A stretch of 64,000 nt of DNA from Candidatus Bathyarchaeota archaeon (GCA_963733055.1 CAVTBR010000003.1:160001-224000); one strand, 5' to 3'; counted from the stretch's first letter, positions 38,955 through 49,272 are shown. The notes: a model not told the origin generated them from the letters alone. Made by a program: numbers and translations.

Positions 38955-40721
38955 TTGGGGCCAAATCTAGCGGGAACGGCTAAAACTGCCACCGGCCGCA
39001 GGAACTTGGTTCTGGGAGACGATGCCATCGAGACCGAGGCCGAAGACTGGTTCGACTATGCAGGCGCTGCACGTGCCCTTGCCTCGCAACTTTATACGAT
39101 TTCAAGATCATCAGGTGTTTGTTGCGGCATACTTGGTTCTTGGGGGAGTGGCAAATCGAGTTTTATGAATCTAGTAATGGAACACGCAAAGAAGACACAT
39201 TCGGACGTACATGTTACTTGGTTCACAGCCTGGGATCCTGGAGGAATAGAGGACATCGGAGACGCGATGCTGTACCGAGTTTTCGGTGATATCGCGAAAA
39301 ACAACGACGAGCTGTCTGGCGCATTTGACAGACTAAAGGAGGCGCTTAAACTCCGTAAAAGTATGAAACGCCGTGTGGGCGAGGCTCTAGGAGCAGCTTC
39401 GAAAGCAGTTCCGGGACCTGCCGGAGCTGTGGCAGACGCCACCGGAGGTTTACTTCTAATTCTGGACACTCCCAGGGAAATACAAGATTCCTTCAATGAT
39501 CTTGTTAAATGGTTGGAAGCCAAAAATCAAACCGTCTTCCTGTTCATTGACGACATGGATCGCACAACAGGGGAGGAGATACGCGATCTATTGTCTGAAC
39601 TCAAAGTGTACGTGAGCCATCACCGGATAGTTGGGGTTGTCGGATATGATGAGGAGTATGTTCTCAACGCACTCAAGACAGTAATCCCTATCGGAATTGA
39701 ACCCAGGAAATTTCTTGAAAAGATCGTTACTATTCGGAGAAGTTTACCGAGTCCCAACGAAGGTCAATTGCAGAAATACGAGACGAGCCAACTCCACGAG
39801 TTGTTGGGACTGGACCAAGAGAAATGTGAAATACTTGGGTGGTGTGCAGCTGATCTCTGTACTAATAATCCGCGCCGATTAAAGACGCTAGTCTTGGATT
39901 TCAGCGACCTTCTATCATCGGTTGCAGAGTATAAGATGTTTGAATCGAACAGGCTGACGTCAGCCCTTGTGGTCTGCGCGGCCGAGCGGGCAGGCTTGTT
40001 CGTGGATAACAATCTTAGAATAGCCCTTGAATCCGGAAACGAAGCAGATGCCACGGCAGCTCTTACAGAAATCGCTGGTAAAATCCCTGACAAAGGTCGA
40101 GAAGCTACTGAACTGAGCGCGCTAATCGAGGGATTGACTCCAGATCTTCAACCAGGGCTTGTGTCCGCGTTGCGCCTCGCTGCGGGAACCCCGGGTTGGG
40201 AAAGGAAGGAAAAGGTTCGAAGACCTGACGCCTTCGACTGGACTCTTTCTCTTGGCGAGATCCTTGCAAGGGCCGACAAACGAGGATTCGAACTTCACGA
40301 TAAATTCGCGATAGGTTCAGGCAAGATTTCGATTCCGCCAAACTCCAAGACCAAGGGAGAGAAGAATCTTGGTGAATTGCAAGAACCGTTGCTTGCTTTT
40401 CTGAAACAATACAGTGTGTCCTGTAACTCATTTTTCAGTTGGAAGGAAAGAAATCTGGCCATTTTCGTAATGTCTGATTGTCTTGATACTCCCAGCTCCG
40501 TTTGGCTGGATGGCTTCCTCAACCTCGGTCCCTCCCTCGTGGTAGAAAGAGCCCTGATTGCTTGGATTATAGATGATTCAAACGAACTAACGATTGGATT
40601 AGCTCAACACTATGGTGAACGAGCCAAGGCGATATCCAAAGGTTTACGGAATCCTCTGGTGTTTGTCTATACTGAGTCAGCGAAGATTCCTGATATGCTG
40701 AGTCATCTCTTAGCTGTCTAG
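38955..40721 (+). CDS. KAP-family P-loop NTPase with uncharacterised C-terminal domain
   Basis: DWFDY, GSWGSGKS Walker A, FTAW, FIDDMDR Walker B, FLEKIV, NPRRLK. Confidence 0.88.
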   Translation: MGPNLAGTAKTATGRRNLVLGDDAIETEAEDWFDYAGAARALASQLYTISRSSGVCCGILGSWGSGKSSFMNLVMEHAKKTHSDVHVTWFTAWDPGGIEDIGDAMLYRVFGDIAKNNDELSGAFDRLKEALKLRKSMKRRVGEALGAASKAVPGPAGAVADATGGLLLILDTPREIQDSFNDLVKWLEAKNQTVFLFIDDMDRTTGEEIRDLLSELKVYVSHHRIVGVVGYDEEYVLNALKTVIPIGIEPRKFLEKIVTIRRSLPSPNEGQLQKYETSQLHELLGLDQEKCEILGWCAADLCTNNPRRLKTLVLDFSDLLSSVAEYKMFESNRLTSALVVCAAERAGLFVDNNLRIALESGNEADATAALTEIAGKIPDKGREATELSALIEGLTPDLQPGLVSALRLAAGTPGWERKEKVRRPDAFDWTLSLGEILARADKRGFELHDKFAIGSGKISIPPNSKTKGEKNLGELQEPLLAFLKQYSVSCNSFFSWKERNLAIFVMSDCLDTPSSVWLDGFLNLGPSLVVERALIAWIIDDSNELTIGLAQHYGERAKAISKGLRNPLVFVYTESAKIPDMLSHLLAV

Positions 40722-41058
40722 TCGCTTATTTCGTTTAGTGGTTTCGTGACCACTGGATGCTGTTCTAGCCTCGCGTCCCACTCTTTCATCTCTGCCTCCA
40801 TCCGGGTTGCTTGTTCACATACGCTAAGATTTGGTCAAGTTTCCGTTTCCTTTCCTTTCGTCGGTTTTCTTAGCTGCTCAGCCATTTATCAAGTGAGTCT
40901 ACAGCAATCTTCTTGACCTTGCCGCTGACGTTTCGCACGATTACGGCTTCCATTTTCTGACGCTCGACCGGTTGAATGTCGTCGGATTTACAGTTTAATG
41001 GTTCCGTTATACTATTTCTTATAAGTATCCTCGTGTCGGGAAATCGAACGTCGCGAGA

Positions 41059-41838
41059 GTGTTGCAGCTATCGGAAATCGCAGCGGGTCAAACAGAGACC
41101 GAGTTAGTATATCTTCGCGAAATGAATTCCCGTCAACTGGAAGCCAAAGTTCTCAAAGTTGTGCCTGAGAAGAAAACGCATGCGTACTTGATTCTGGACC
41201 GAACAATCTTTCACCCCAAGGGGGGCGGTCAGCCTTCGGATCATGGTACTATTCGCGGTCCCGGTTACGAGGTAGCGGTGAAGAAAGCAATCTACCATAT
41301 CGGCGTCGTCGTTCACTGGGTGAGGCTAGCAGTAGGGACACCTGCGGAAGGTGACGCTAGGTGTGAAATCGATTGGGGCTACCGGCATCTGGTTATGCGT
41401 AGACACACATCTGCACACTTACTCGATCACTGCCTAGCCACCGTCACGGCCCGAAGAGTGCAGACGACGGACTCCTGGTTGGACGACCCTTGCTATGTGG
41501 GGTACGTCGGTTCGCCCCCTAACTTACAAACACTGCGAGAAACCCAAGACCTAGCCAACCGAACGATAGATTCTGGTGGAGAGGTCAAGATTGAGTTTCT
41601 GAAGCGCGCAGAAGCTAGGGCACTTCTGCAGAACACGCCGAACTACGAGCGACTTCCTGATTTACCTGAGGTCAGGACTGTCACGATTAAAGGATGTAAA
41701 CCCATTCCGTGCGGCGGAACCCATGTTTCGGATTTGGCTGAAATAGGGAAGATATCGGTCGAAGGGGCCGAAGAGATGCCAAAGGGATCGTTTCGTCTGC
41801 ATTTTTCTGTGGGCCCTAGCGCTTCCTCGACTTCTTAG
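41059..41838 (+). CDS. alaX: AlaX-type alanyl-tRNA editing protein
   Basis: LDRTIFHPKGGGQPSDHG, MRRHTSAHLL, PCGGTHV. Confidence 0.92.
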   Translation: MLQLSEIAAGQTETELVYLREMNSRQLEAKVLKVVPEKKTHAYLILDRTIFHPKGGGQPSDHGTIRGPGYEVAVKKAIYHIGVVVHWVRLAVGTPAEGDARCEIDWGYRHLVMRRHTSAHLLDHCLATVTARRVQTTDSWLDDPCYVGYVGSPPNLQTLRETQDLANRTIDSGGEVKIEFLKRAEARALLQNTPNYERLPDLPEVRTVTIKGCKPIPCGGTHVSDLAEIGKISVEGAEEMPKGSFRLHFSVGPSASSTS

Positions 41839-42073
41839 CTCGACGTACCTTCCTTCTTCCGCGTCCGAACCTCTTCAGTATGGTCGGGGCGGCCCGTTCC
41901 ACCAGCAGCCTCTTACCCGAAACTCTCACGTAAAGCCTCAATGAGCCCTTCGTGAACGGGAAGTTCGAATCCGTCGTAAGCTTGGTCGGGAGGTAAATTC
42001 GTGGCGACTCGTACACTCGTCCGTCGGGCATCCTCTTTTTCGTAACTACGAAACTAGCTACAGCTTCTTTCAA
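41816..42073 (-). CDS. Small AbrB-like (swapped-hairpin) protein
   Basis: PRIYLPTKLTTDSNFPF...VRVSGKRLLVE; similar to ORF 53065..53259. Confidence 0.6.
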   Translation of the reverse strand: MKEAVASFVVTKKRMPDGRVYESPRIYLPTKLTTDSNFPFTKGSLRLYVRVSGKRLLVERAAPTILKRFGRGRRKVRRAKKSRKR

Positions 42074-42244
42074 TCGCTAACACTTCGGGTTCAAATTCGG
42101 ATGTTATTTCTGACGGAATGTTGGTTTAGTTGTTACATCCACCAACTAGTCAATTTTCAGCAAGCAAGAACCCCATTTCACCCCCGCATGCGATAACGTT
42201 TAAAGCGGAAATGACAAGTCCGATCAAATTAGCGGGCATACGGC

Positions 42245-42670
42245 ATGATACACGTGAACATATTCGTTACCAGCATGTCAGCCGAGCGGTTCTGGGATAT
42301 TGATCGCGCAATGCCGCCCCAGGTCCAAATTGGGGTGAACATAAACATGCTCGACATCGATCAACGATCCGATGGAACCTTGGACGCGCCTTTCGTTTTC
42401 ACGGTAAACTTCACGCCATCGATTGCTCAGATCAGCATTAAGGGCAAGGCGAAAATTTCAGGCGACGCTGAGGATACCAAGAAAATATTTGAGGAACACA
42501 AGGCGCAGAAGGCGCCGCCAGTTCAACTCGTACAGGCAGTGTCAAATGCAGCAATGGCCGACGCGATATTGATTTCCAGGAGCCTTAACGTTCCGCCACC
42601 GCTCCCGCCGATTCCCCAACAGCAACAGCCCACTCAACCGAGGAGGCCTGATTCACGGTATACTGCGTAG
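42245..42670 (+). CDS. Conserved archaeal protein, possibly SecB-like fold
   Basis: Beta-rich FVFTVNFTPSIAQISIKGKAKI, then a helix and LNVPPPLPPI. Confidence 0.6.
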   Translation: MIHVNIFVTSMSAERFWDIDRAMPPQVQIGVNINMLDIDQRSDGTLDAPFVFTVNFTPSIAQISIKGKAKISGDAEDTKKIFEEHKAQKAPPVQLVQAVSNAAMADAILISRSLNVPPPLPPIPQQQQPTQPRRPDSRYTA

Positions 42671-42715
42671 GGTCCAAAAAAGTGGAGAGTTGCTGATACT
42701 CCAATAAATTGGATG

Positions 42716-43174
42716 TCAGCTAGCTTGCTTCGCGACGAGGTAGTTGTCCCAATAGGATGCGAGGTCACGTAGCCTATTTGCGAACTGCACGCTCAACTTT
42801 GTGGGTTCGTTTCGGTACTTCTTCTCCAGTAACCCGCTTCGAAGCATGGCTTTGTAGGTATCGCTTAACGTTTGGGCGCTCACCTTGATTCTCTCAACGA
42901 CTTTGAAGTGTAGGTCTCTGAGGTACATGGGTCTCTTTTCCTCGACAAGAATTTGGATTATTGCTTTCGCGACTCCTTGTTTCTTTATGCTGTGTGGAAA
43001 GAGGATTGTGCAGAAAATGTCTAGATCTACGATCTGGTTCAGTGTCGAGTGCTTGTCGATCTTGGGAAAAACCCACACCCATCTCCTCTGTCGTTCGGCG
43101 TAGTAATCTTCTCGTGGAATTCGTCCTATTCTTGGGCGTTCGAGTACAGTCAATGACCTAGGTCTGTTTGCCAT
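42716..43174 (-). CDS. Hypothetical protein, probable winged-helix DNA-binding domain
   Basis: VSAQTLSDTYKAMLRSGLLEKK...TKLS wHTH-like pattern. Confidence 0.6.
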   Translation of the reverse strand: MANRPRSLTVLERPRIGRIPREDYYAERQRRWVWVFPKIDKHSTLNQIVDLDIFCTILFPHSIKKQGVAKAIIQILVEEKRPMYLRDLHFKVVERIKVSAQTLSDTYKAMLRSGLLEKKYRNEPTKLSVQFANRLRDLASYWDNYLVAKQAS

Positions 43175-43546
43175 TTCGATTTCACAACCGAAGAAGCCTC
43201 GGAAGAAGAAAGCAGTTCAGCACACAAAGTCCGACAGAATCCAAGGACCCGATCTTAGGTATTTGCTGAAAACAATTCAATTCTGATACATATCGGGAAA
43301 CAGTGAATTCACACTTAGTTCCCCAATCTCTGATGTATCTAAGAATTGACGTGCCGCTGCGGTAAAGGGGCCCCATCTCCCATCAAAGAAGAAACGCGAG
43401 GCGTGAATTCTATAGTACATCAGAATAGGGCTGTTTTTCGCATTCCCATTTCATAACTTTCGGCCGCTGGACCCCTAGGCTTCCGGTGTAGAAATCATCA
43501 TCCAGGACACTGTCGGAACCGTCAATCGTTCCGCACAACTACCGAG

Positions 43547-44299
43547 TTAATCGAGTCGGCCGGCGTACACTTCGGTCTCATATTGGAAAGTAACGGATCC
43601 ATCGACCTGATGCTTGTTGAAAAGTGCGGATATTCTCGTCATCATCTCTTCGAATATCGGTTGCCCAGGCAGCGAGGCGTATGAGGCTGACATCAACCTA
43701 CCAATCAGCCCGTCGTAATCGAGTTTCTGAGAATTGGTTAACTTAACCGTCCTGTAGTCTCCAAGAAAACTCCTGATCGTCGCCTCGGTCACATCATCGC
43801 CGAGTACTCTTTTCCCCTCGGAAACCCAGTTGACCAATTCATCATAGCCTTGAAGGAACGGTGTGGAAGCTTTGCGGATGTTCCAAACCAAAACGACCCA
43901 TCCTGGATCTCGTAGAATCCGACTGAACTCTGCCCTAGTCTTTTCTGGATTGAACCAGTGAAAGGACTGGGCTGCCGCAACGAAGTCTACGCTTCTGCTT
44001 TCAAGCGTAGTTGACTCAGCCGAACCTGTAATGCTTGTGAAGTTCTTGTATTTCGCCAGGTTTGCTTCGGCGGTTCGACGCATGTCCTCGTTTGGTTCTA
44101 CTCCAAATACTCTATTCCCGTTCTTCAGCAGGAGTTCAGATAGAATGCCCGTTCCGGAGCCGACATCTGCGACAATAGAAGCCCGGGAGAAATGTAGCTC
44201 ACGTTCTAAGTAGCGAAGGAGTGATTCGGGGTAACTTGGACGGTAGCGCGAATAGTATCCCGCACGCTTCGAGAACTTGTCCTTTGGATCTACTTCCAA
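43547..44299 (-). CDS. Class I SAM-dependent methyltransferase
   Basis: YSRYRPSYP, ADVGSGTG, GVEPN, AAQSFHWF. Confidence 0.92.
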   Translation of the reverse strand: MEVDPKDKFSKRAGYYSRYRPSYPESLLRYLERELHFSRASIVADVGSGTGILSELLLKNGNRVFGVEPNEDMRRTAEANLAKYKNFTSITGSAESTTLESRSVDFVAAAQSFHWFNPEKTRAEFSRILRDPGWVVLVWNIRKASTPFLQGYDELVNWVSEGKRVLGDDVTEATIRSFLGDYRTVKLTNSQKLDYDGLIGRLMSASYASLPGQPIFEEMMTRISALFNKHQVDGSVTFQYETEVYAGRLD

Positions 44300-44328
44300 T
44301 CAGGATCACTAGCGAAGGCATTCGTGAC

Positions 44329-44763
44329 CTACATGTCCAAGAGGAACAGTCCACTCCCGGCATCAAGTTTCCTGGATAAAGTCATACCGTCGTAAACAAG
44401 CATACTCACTTTAAAGGTTGCGCTCACAATACAGCCCTCCATCAGATGCCCACCGTACGCGTTCCCTTCCTTGTCGGCGGTCACAATGTGGGCGTGAATG
44501 TACGGCTTACCGTCTTTCAGGCTGACGTTTCCCACGCACGATGCAACCTCCATTGGGCCCCGAGAAGAAACCGCAGAGTACACACCATTTCCAGAGAAAA
44601 AACCCACTGTCGCCCTTTCTAGAGCCCCCAGAGCAGTAAAACTCCCGGCGGTTATTCCGTTTTCACGCACGAGCTGATTCAAGCGAACCAAAACATCTTC
44701 TCCCGTACGAAACCGTTCAACCATCACCCTGACAAGCTTTCCCACTTCATCCCATTCAACCAA
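44329..44763 (-). CDS. PPC domain (DUF296) protein
   Basis: GEDV, LGAL, EVASCVGNVS, HAH, GGHL. Confidence 0.9.
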   Translation of the reverse strand: MVEWDEVGKLVRVMVERFRTGEDVLVRLNQLVRENGITAGSFTALGALERATVGFFSGNGVYSAVSSRGPMEVASCVGNVSLKDGKPYIHAHIVTADKEGNAYGGHLMEGCIVSATFKVSMLVYDGMTLSRKLDAGSGLFLLDM

Positions 44764-45333
44764 TTCGGCCGAACGCGCCTCCAGATATTAACCCCAACGC
44801 AGAAGCCGCTCGACTCTACCCCTTTTGTCTGGTTGATCCAATAAATCGAAGCGTGAAGTACCGTGTGAAATCGAGCAAAGACTTGGATTCGTCACATGTT
44901 TTCTAGGACGGAAATTCGGGTTCAAATGGAACCGGATTTTCCGACGGAATCGCAAAATCATCGTCTTCGTCGCCGCGAGAAAAATGAGTGAAAAGAAAGA
45001 AAAGGAGGAAAATAGAAAAAAGCGCGAAAACGGCCGGCTGAGGCAAACAGGGCGACCCACTGGACGAGAGGGGTGAGTGGAGGGAACGACGGTTTGGATC
45101 ATGAACCGTTCGGCGCGAGGGTGGCGGACAGGCAGGACTGAGGGTTATGGTGTACTTTCGGTGCACCGTCCCGCACCGTGAGAACCGTCAAATGACTTGG
45201 TTGAGACGTGAAAGTGAGTGCCAGAAGGGAATATTACGTGCGTCTTTCAATAGCGTCGAGAGGAACCCTAACCCAAAGCAGAGCCACTGGTCCCACCGAA
45301 AACTCTGAGTCCAATAATTAGGAGGTCAATCTC

Positions 45334-45705
45334 TTGGAGAAAACTAGCAGGTGTGTCATCTGTGGCCAACAGATGGCATACATCTTCGGCCGGCCCCGAA
45401 AACTGTGCGGCAACAAATCCTGCTACCTAGAGTGGAAGAGGAGAAGATACACAAATCTCCAGGTGATCGCAAGAAGTCGACGACTCTCCGCCGCCGACTT
45501 CGAGTATGCGGAACCGATCTGCACCTGCGGTAGCGACAAGTTCGCCTGGACTATGGACGGAGTATTCTGCTTGGAATGTGGCCTACAAGAGCCCTTATTT
45601 TCGCTAGAAACCTGGGTACCCGCCGAATTTGCGCCCAAGCCGATCTGTACCTGCACCCAGATTTGTAAACAAACCCCAGCATACAGACTATGGGCGTACG
45701 TCTGA
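45334..45705 (+). CDS. Multi-zinc-finger hypothetical protein
   Basis: GGAGGT SD upstream of TTG; CVIC...CGNKSC and CTCGS...CLECG. Confidence 0.65.
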   Translation: MEKTSRCVICGQQMAYIFGRPRKLCGNKSCYLEWKRRRYTNLQVIARSRRLSAADFEYAEPICTCGSDKFAWTMDGVFCLECGLQEPLFSLETWVPAEFAPKPICTCTQICKQTPAYRLWAYV

Positions 45706-45845
45706 TCTCGACTTTCTGCCCACTCAAATGCGTATTATATGAAGTTCTGGGGCAGTTTTGTGCGGGAGGCAACTCCCTAACCTACGACCATCTGTTCAAA
45801 ATGGTTTGAACTCAACCCGGACCGTCCAATCATGGGATGACCGAA

Positions 45846-46382
45846 TCAGTCACTTTTCCATTTTATAGTGCAACCGACAGGTTGAGTTTCAGGACGGGGC
45901 GGATTGGTTCCGCCCGAAAGCGCGTCCAGTGCATTGCGAAGGTGGTGCAGCTTCACTGCGTCCGGATCGTCGTAATTATCGTCGATCGCCCCATGGTAAC
46001 GCAGGATGAAATCGCGGTCGAAGACGAATACCTCGGGAGTACGTTGAGCCCCGTACAATCGAGCAATTTTCTGGTCTTCGTCTCGAAGGTATGGAAAGTT
46101 GAATTGCTTCTCCTTAGCTCTCAACTTCATGTTTTCGAAATTGTCTTCGGGGTATTGCGTTGCATCGTTGGAATTTATCGCGAGTAGTTGTACTCCCCTA
46201 TCGGCATATGCAGTCTGAATCGCAACCATGCGGTCCTCCCAAGCACGAACGTACGGGCAATGGTTACAACTGAAGATCGCAACCGTGAGCTTGCCTCGGT
46301 GATCATTTAGAGAATGCCTTAACCCATCGGTTCCATTTAATGAGAAATCGATCGCCTTATCGCCGATCTTCAACTTTGCCAT
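45846..46382 (-). CDS. Peroxiredoxin-like thioredoxin-family protein
   Basis: FSCNHCPYV, AINSND, FPYLRDE, YGAQRTPE, YHGAIDD, GCTIKW; start reassigned to ATG 46382. Confidence 0.9.
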   Translation of the reverse strand: MAKLKIGDKAIDFSLNGTDGLRHSLNDHRGKLTVAIFSCNHCPYVRAWEDRMVAIQTAYADRGVQLLAINSNDATQYPEDNFENMKLRAKEKQFNFPYLRDEDQKIARLYGAQRTPEVFVFDRDFILRYHGAIDDNYDDPDAVKLHHLRNALDALSGGTNPPRPETQPVGCTIKWKSD

Positions 46383-46417
46383 GTCAAGCCCAGCTCGCAC
46401 GATAAAGCTTGAGAGTC

Positions 46418-46786
46418 TTAAGATTCGCTCTTGAGTGCTGCTCGAATCATGGACTCTGAAGGTAAAGGCGAGATACGTCCGTTCTCTAAGTGGTAAGCCC
46501 TGCACGAGAGTGAAAAATGGGCTGTCTTTGGAGGTTGTATATCCTTCCCGTCAACCCGTATCGTTGGCGAGCCCGCGAATTGGAGCCGTTTCGCTTGGTC
46601 CTCGGATTGTACGTTTATGGTTTCAATTTCTGCGTCGACTCGCTCCTCGGCAAGAATTTTCCTCAGACGGCTGAAAGCTTCGTCATGGGACTCGCAGCCC
46701 TCCCAGTACAGAAACGTAATTCGCCTTCTGATCTCCAAAGGAACCGCCTGGACACATTCCACATGAAGCTTACGAAGTTTAAACAT
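46418..46786 (-). CDS. Thioredoxin-like small protein (DUF2703/alkylmercury lyase-associated type)
   Basis: LYWEGCESH, FAGSPTIRVDGKD, SCRAY; true start probably downstream of 46786. Confidence 0.7.
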   Translation of the reverse strand: MFKLRKLHVECVQAVPLEIRRRITFLYWEGCESHDEAFSRLRKILAEERVDAEIETINVQSEDQAKRLQFAGSPTIRVDGKDIQPPKTAHFSLSCRAYHLENGRISPLPSESMIRAALKSES

Positions 46787-46834
46787 TCACGACCGGACAC
46801 CCGGTTGGAGCACGTTTCGACTCGACTCGCAAAG

Positions 46835-47350
46835 TCAATGCTTGATCGAGTGGACTAGTCTACCCTCTCTGTCGATCTTGCCGCGCCTTATTCGGGTGGA
46901 GGAAATCGGCCTTTTGTCGTCGGCGAGGAGGAGATCTATGGGGTCTATGGTGAGGGGTTTCAGACCGTTAGCCTTTCTCTTCTTATTGATCTCATGTGCG
47001 GTTTTGATGGTCCGCCTGCTGACGACCAGCGCGTCGATCCCCGAGACTTTGACGGTCGGCCCGTAGCGGTCGCGTAGAGGAACAATCCGAACTCGGGATA
47101 ATACTCCCCAAGCCGCTAGAAGCCGCTCCAAGTCCTTCTTTCTCTTCTTGTACGGGTCGACCTTGTGCGGCTTATGCAAAGTCCTTGCGAAGTCATCGCT
47201 AGTAATTCCAATCATAACCTTACGACCCACGGTGAAAGCTTGTCTCAACAATTTCCTATGCCCACGGTGCAAGGAATCGAAGGTCCCACCCATCGCGACG
47301 ATTCGATACATCTTGTGGGACCGTGCCATAGTTCTTTCTGGCCTCTTCAA
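46835..47350 (-). CDS. coaD: Phosphopantetheine adenylyltransferase (archaeal/eukaryotic type)
   Basis: GGTFDSLHRGH, GITSD, YGPT, ISSTRIRRG. Confidence 0.9.
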   Translation of the reverse strand: MKRPERTMARSHKMYRIVAMGGTFDSLHRGHRKLLRQAFTVGRKVMIGITSDDFARTLHKPHKVDPYKKRKKDLERLLAAWGVLSRVRIVPLRDRYGPTVKVSGIDALVVSRRTIKTAHEINKKRKANGLKPLTIDPIDLLLADDKRPISSTRIRRGKIDREGRLVHSIKH

Positions 47351-47414
47351 ATCACATTGGTGCGCCCTCGGGGGGGCATGGCACGTTTGGGCATTGGAGA
47401 TTTAGTGCTTTGCT

Positions 47415-48344
47415 TCACTTACCAAGGAGTCGAACGCCCTGGTTGTCGATTGGGGTTGCAAAGACCTTCGCCGAGGGAAACGCTTTCCTCAGGGCCTTTA
47501 CAATTCTTCCCACTTTTCGATTATTCGCTACTCCGTGAACTGCTTCCCCAATCATGTTCTGCGTAGCCCCTACGGCTCCAGAAGCAATCATTGTTGAGAT
47601 CAGGCGTGTAACGACGGGTGTCTCAAAGCCTGCCTCCCGGCTGAACAGCCTCGTTTCTGTGAGAAAAACGGAAAGGGTCGGGTTCTTTCGAATTGCGTCC
47701 ATGGTACGTTTCGCCGGAGCATTCAACCTCGCCACGTAGTCCATGACGAGGGTTTCGCGCTTCGAGATCGGGCCCACGTAGGCACAGATTATTGAATGAT
47801 TTCTTGGAAAGAGCAATCTATCGACAAAACCTATCCCCGGCGCACCCGGTTCTGTGACCAAGACGAACCCTCCTGTGAGCAATGCAGCAGCTGTTCCAAG
47901 CCCTGTTCGATTTACCACCTCCGCTACGTGTGTTATTCTGCCGAGTTCGTTGATGGTAACTGGTAGGTCGGCGGCGTCAGAGACGGCGAGGCATGAAGCT
48001 AGAGATCCGGCGGCGCTTGTACCGAACCCGGCACCAATCGGGCATGCGACCTTCAAGTCGATAGCAACCTCCAGAGTCATCCCTTGCGTCTTCAGAAGAT
48101 GTTCGATCGCCAACCGGGTTGTGTGCGCTTCTGGTGCGGGCTTCGAGTTGATCTTGATCCTGACCTTCGTCTCGGCGCTTTTCTTGACTATGGCGCGTGA
48201 AATGGCACCTCGGGGAATAGCGAACCCACCGCCACGCGCACCGATCCTGGCTGGATCAGCTATTGGATTTCCGGATGAGTCTAGGTTGCAAACTTCGAAG
48301 AAGCTAGAGATTCCAGCCGGGCAGAATGCTTCCGAAACCCGCAA
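47415..48344 (-). CDS. pok: Pantoate kinase (GHMP family)
   Basis: AFCPAGISSFF, PIGAGFGTSAA, HVAEVVNRTGLG, PGAPG, QNMIGE. Confidence 0.88.
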   Translation of the reverse strand: MRVSEAFCPAGISSFFEVCNLDSSGNPIADPARIGARGGGFAIPRGAISRAIVKKSAETKVRIKINSKPAPEAHTTRLAIEHLLKTQGMTLEVAIDLKVACPIGAGFGTSAAGSLASCLAVSDAADLPVTINELGRITHVAEVVNRTGLGTAAALLTGGFVLVTEPGAPGIGFVDRLLFPRNHSIICAYVGPISKRETLVMDYVARLNAPAKRTMDAIRKNPTLSVFLTETRLFSREAGFETPVVTRLISTMIASGAVGATQNMIGEAVHGVANNRKVGRIVKALRKAFPSAKVFATPIDNQGVRLLGK

Positions 48345-48361
48345 CGGTCTCGCCGGCTGCG

Positions 48362-49141
48362 CTACTTTTTCTGGGTTCCTCGCTCAATTGCGCGGAGGCT
48401 CGGAAAGGCTGCTCGACACGCAGCGGCGACTGGTGGAGTCAATATGACCATGAACGGAATCTCGGTGAAATAGCTGGAAGCCGTGACAAGGAGAACAAAT
48501 GCGCCTCCCAGAGGCTTGGTGCCAAGACCGACGGCTACGGGAAGACCGAAGATTACGCTGTAGACCACAATCCCCACACCAATTATTGCCGTGCCAATAG
48601 CTAGGCCGATTGAAGCTGCAACCTCAAAATCTGCCCACTTGTTCCGGACGACTATGAGGAAGATGACAGCGAGAACGACAACTAGTCCGGCAAACCCTAA
48701 GTACGAAGTCGGGGACCCAATCGTGGCGGCTCCGAAAAGAAAGTACAATCCCAGAACCAAGGCTACGGCAAATAGTGGTTGAATCACCAAGCTCAAGGAA
48801 ACCAAACTGCGTCTGGCTACTCCCTTCCATTCATGGTTTGTGAGCCACCCTATTACGAAGAATCCAACGAAATTGGACGGCACACCAACCAGGAGACTTA
48901 GAAGCGCGTCATGATGTCCGTAGATCACGTCGGCGAGAAATATCCCAATTGCCGCTCCTATCCCTCCAACCCACGGCCCAAACAATATGGCGAAAGCGGC
49001 AGGCGCGAACACTTGTGGCCAAAACCTAACCCCGAAGATCATTAACGGAAAAACTGTCCACAAGGCGCCTATACCAGCGTACAAAGCCGCGTTTACAGCC
49101 GTCAGCGTCAATTGAAGTGAGAGGGATCCCGATCGTTTCAA
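48362..49141 (-). CDS. ECF-type S component (QueT-like); CoA-precursor transporter candidate
   Basis: AVNAALY, GVRFWP, FGPWVGGIGAAIG; co-oriented with pok and coaD. Confidence 0.72.
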   Translation of the reverse strand: MKRSGSLSLQLTLTAVNAALYAGIGALWTVFPLMIFGVRFWPQVFAPAAFAILFGPWVGGIGAAIGIFLADVIYGHHDALLSLLVGVPSNFVGFFVIGWLTNHEWKGVARRSLVSLSLVIQPLFAVALVLGLYFLFGAATIGSPTSYLGFAGLVVVLAVIFLIVVRNKWADFEVAASIGLAIGTAIIGVGIVVYSVIFGLPVAVGLGTKPLGGAFVLLVTASSYFTEIPFMVILTPPVAAACRAAFPSLRAIERGTQKK

Positions 49142-49230
49142 CTGTATTCCGTACGAAAGAAACCTTCGATCTATTCTAAGCTTGTCCTGTTCTGTTGAGG
49201 TTTATTCGCAAATAACTCGATTGAGTCCAA

Positions 49231-49245
49231 CGAAATGTTAAGATA
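49231..49245 (+). promoter_or_regulatory. Putative BRE/TATA of tRNA-Gln
   Basis: CGAAATG-TTAAGATA about 28-35 nt upstream of the tRNA 5' end. Confidence 0.5.
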
Positions 49246-49272
49246 CCCACCAAAGATTGCCTTGCACACGGT

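Noticed and set aside
40722-41000. Short minus-strand ORFs after the KAP NTPase
   Set aside because: Interrupted by stops and without recognisable motifs; cannot be supported as genes
44788-45166. ORFs 44788..45102 and 44903..45166 as proteins
   Set aside because: Low-complexity F/S/P translations of a purine tract with no recognisable motifs
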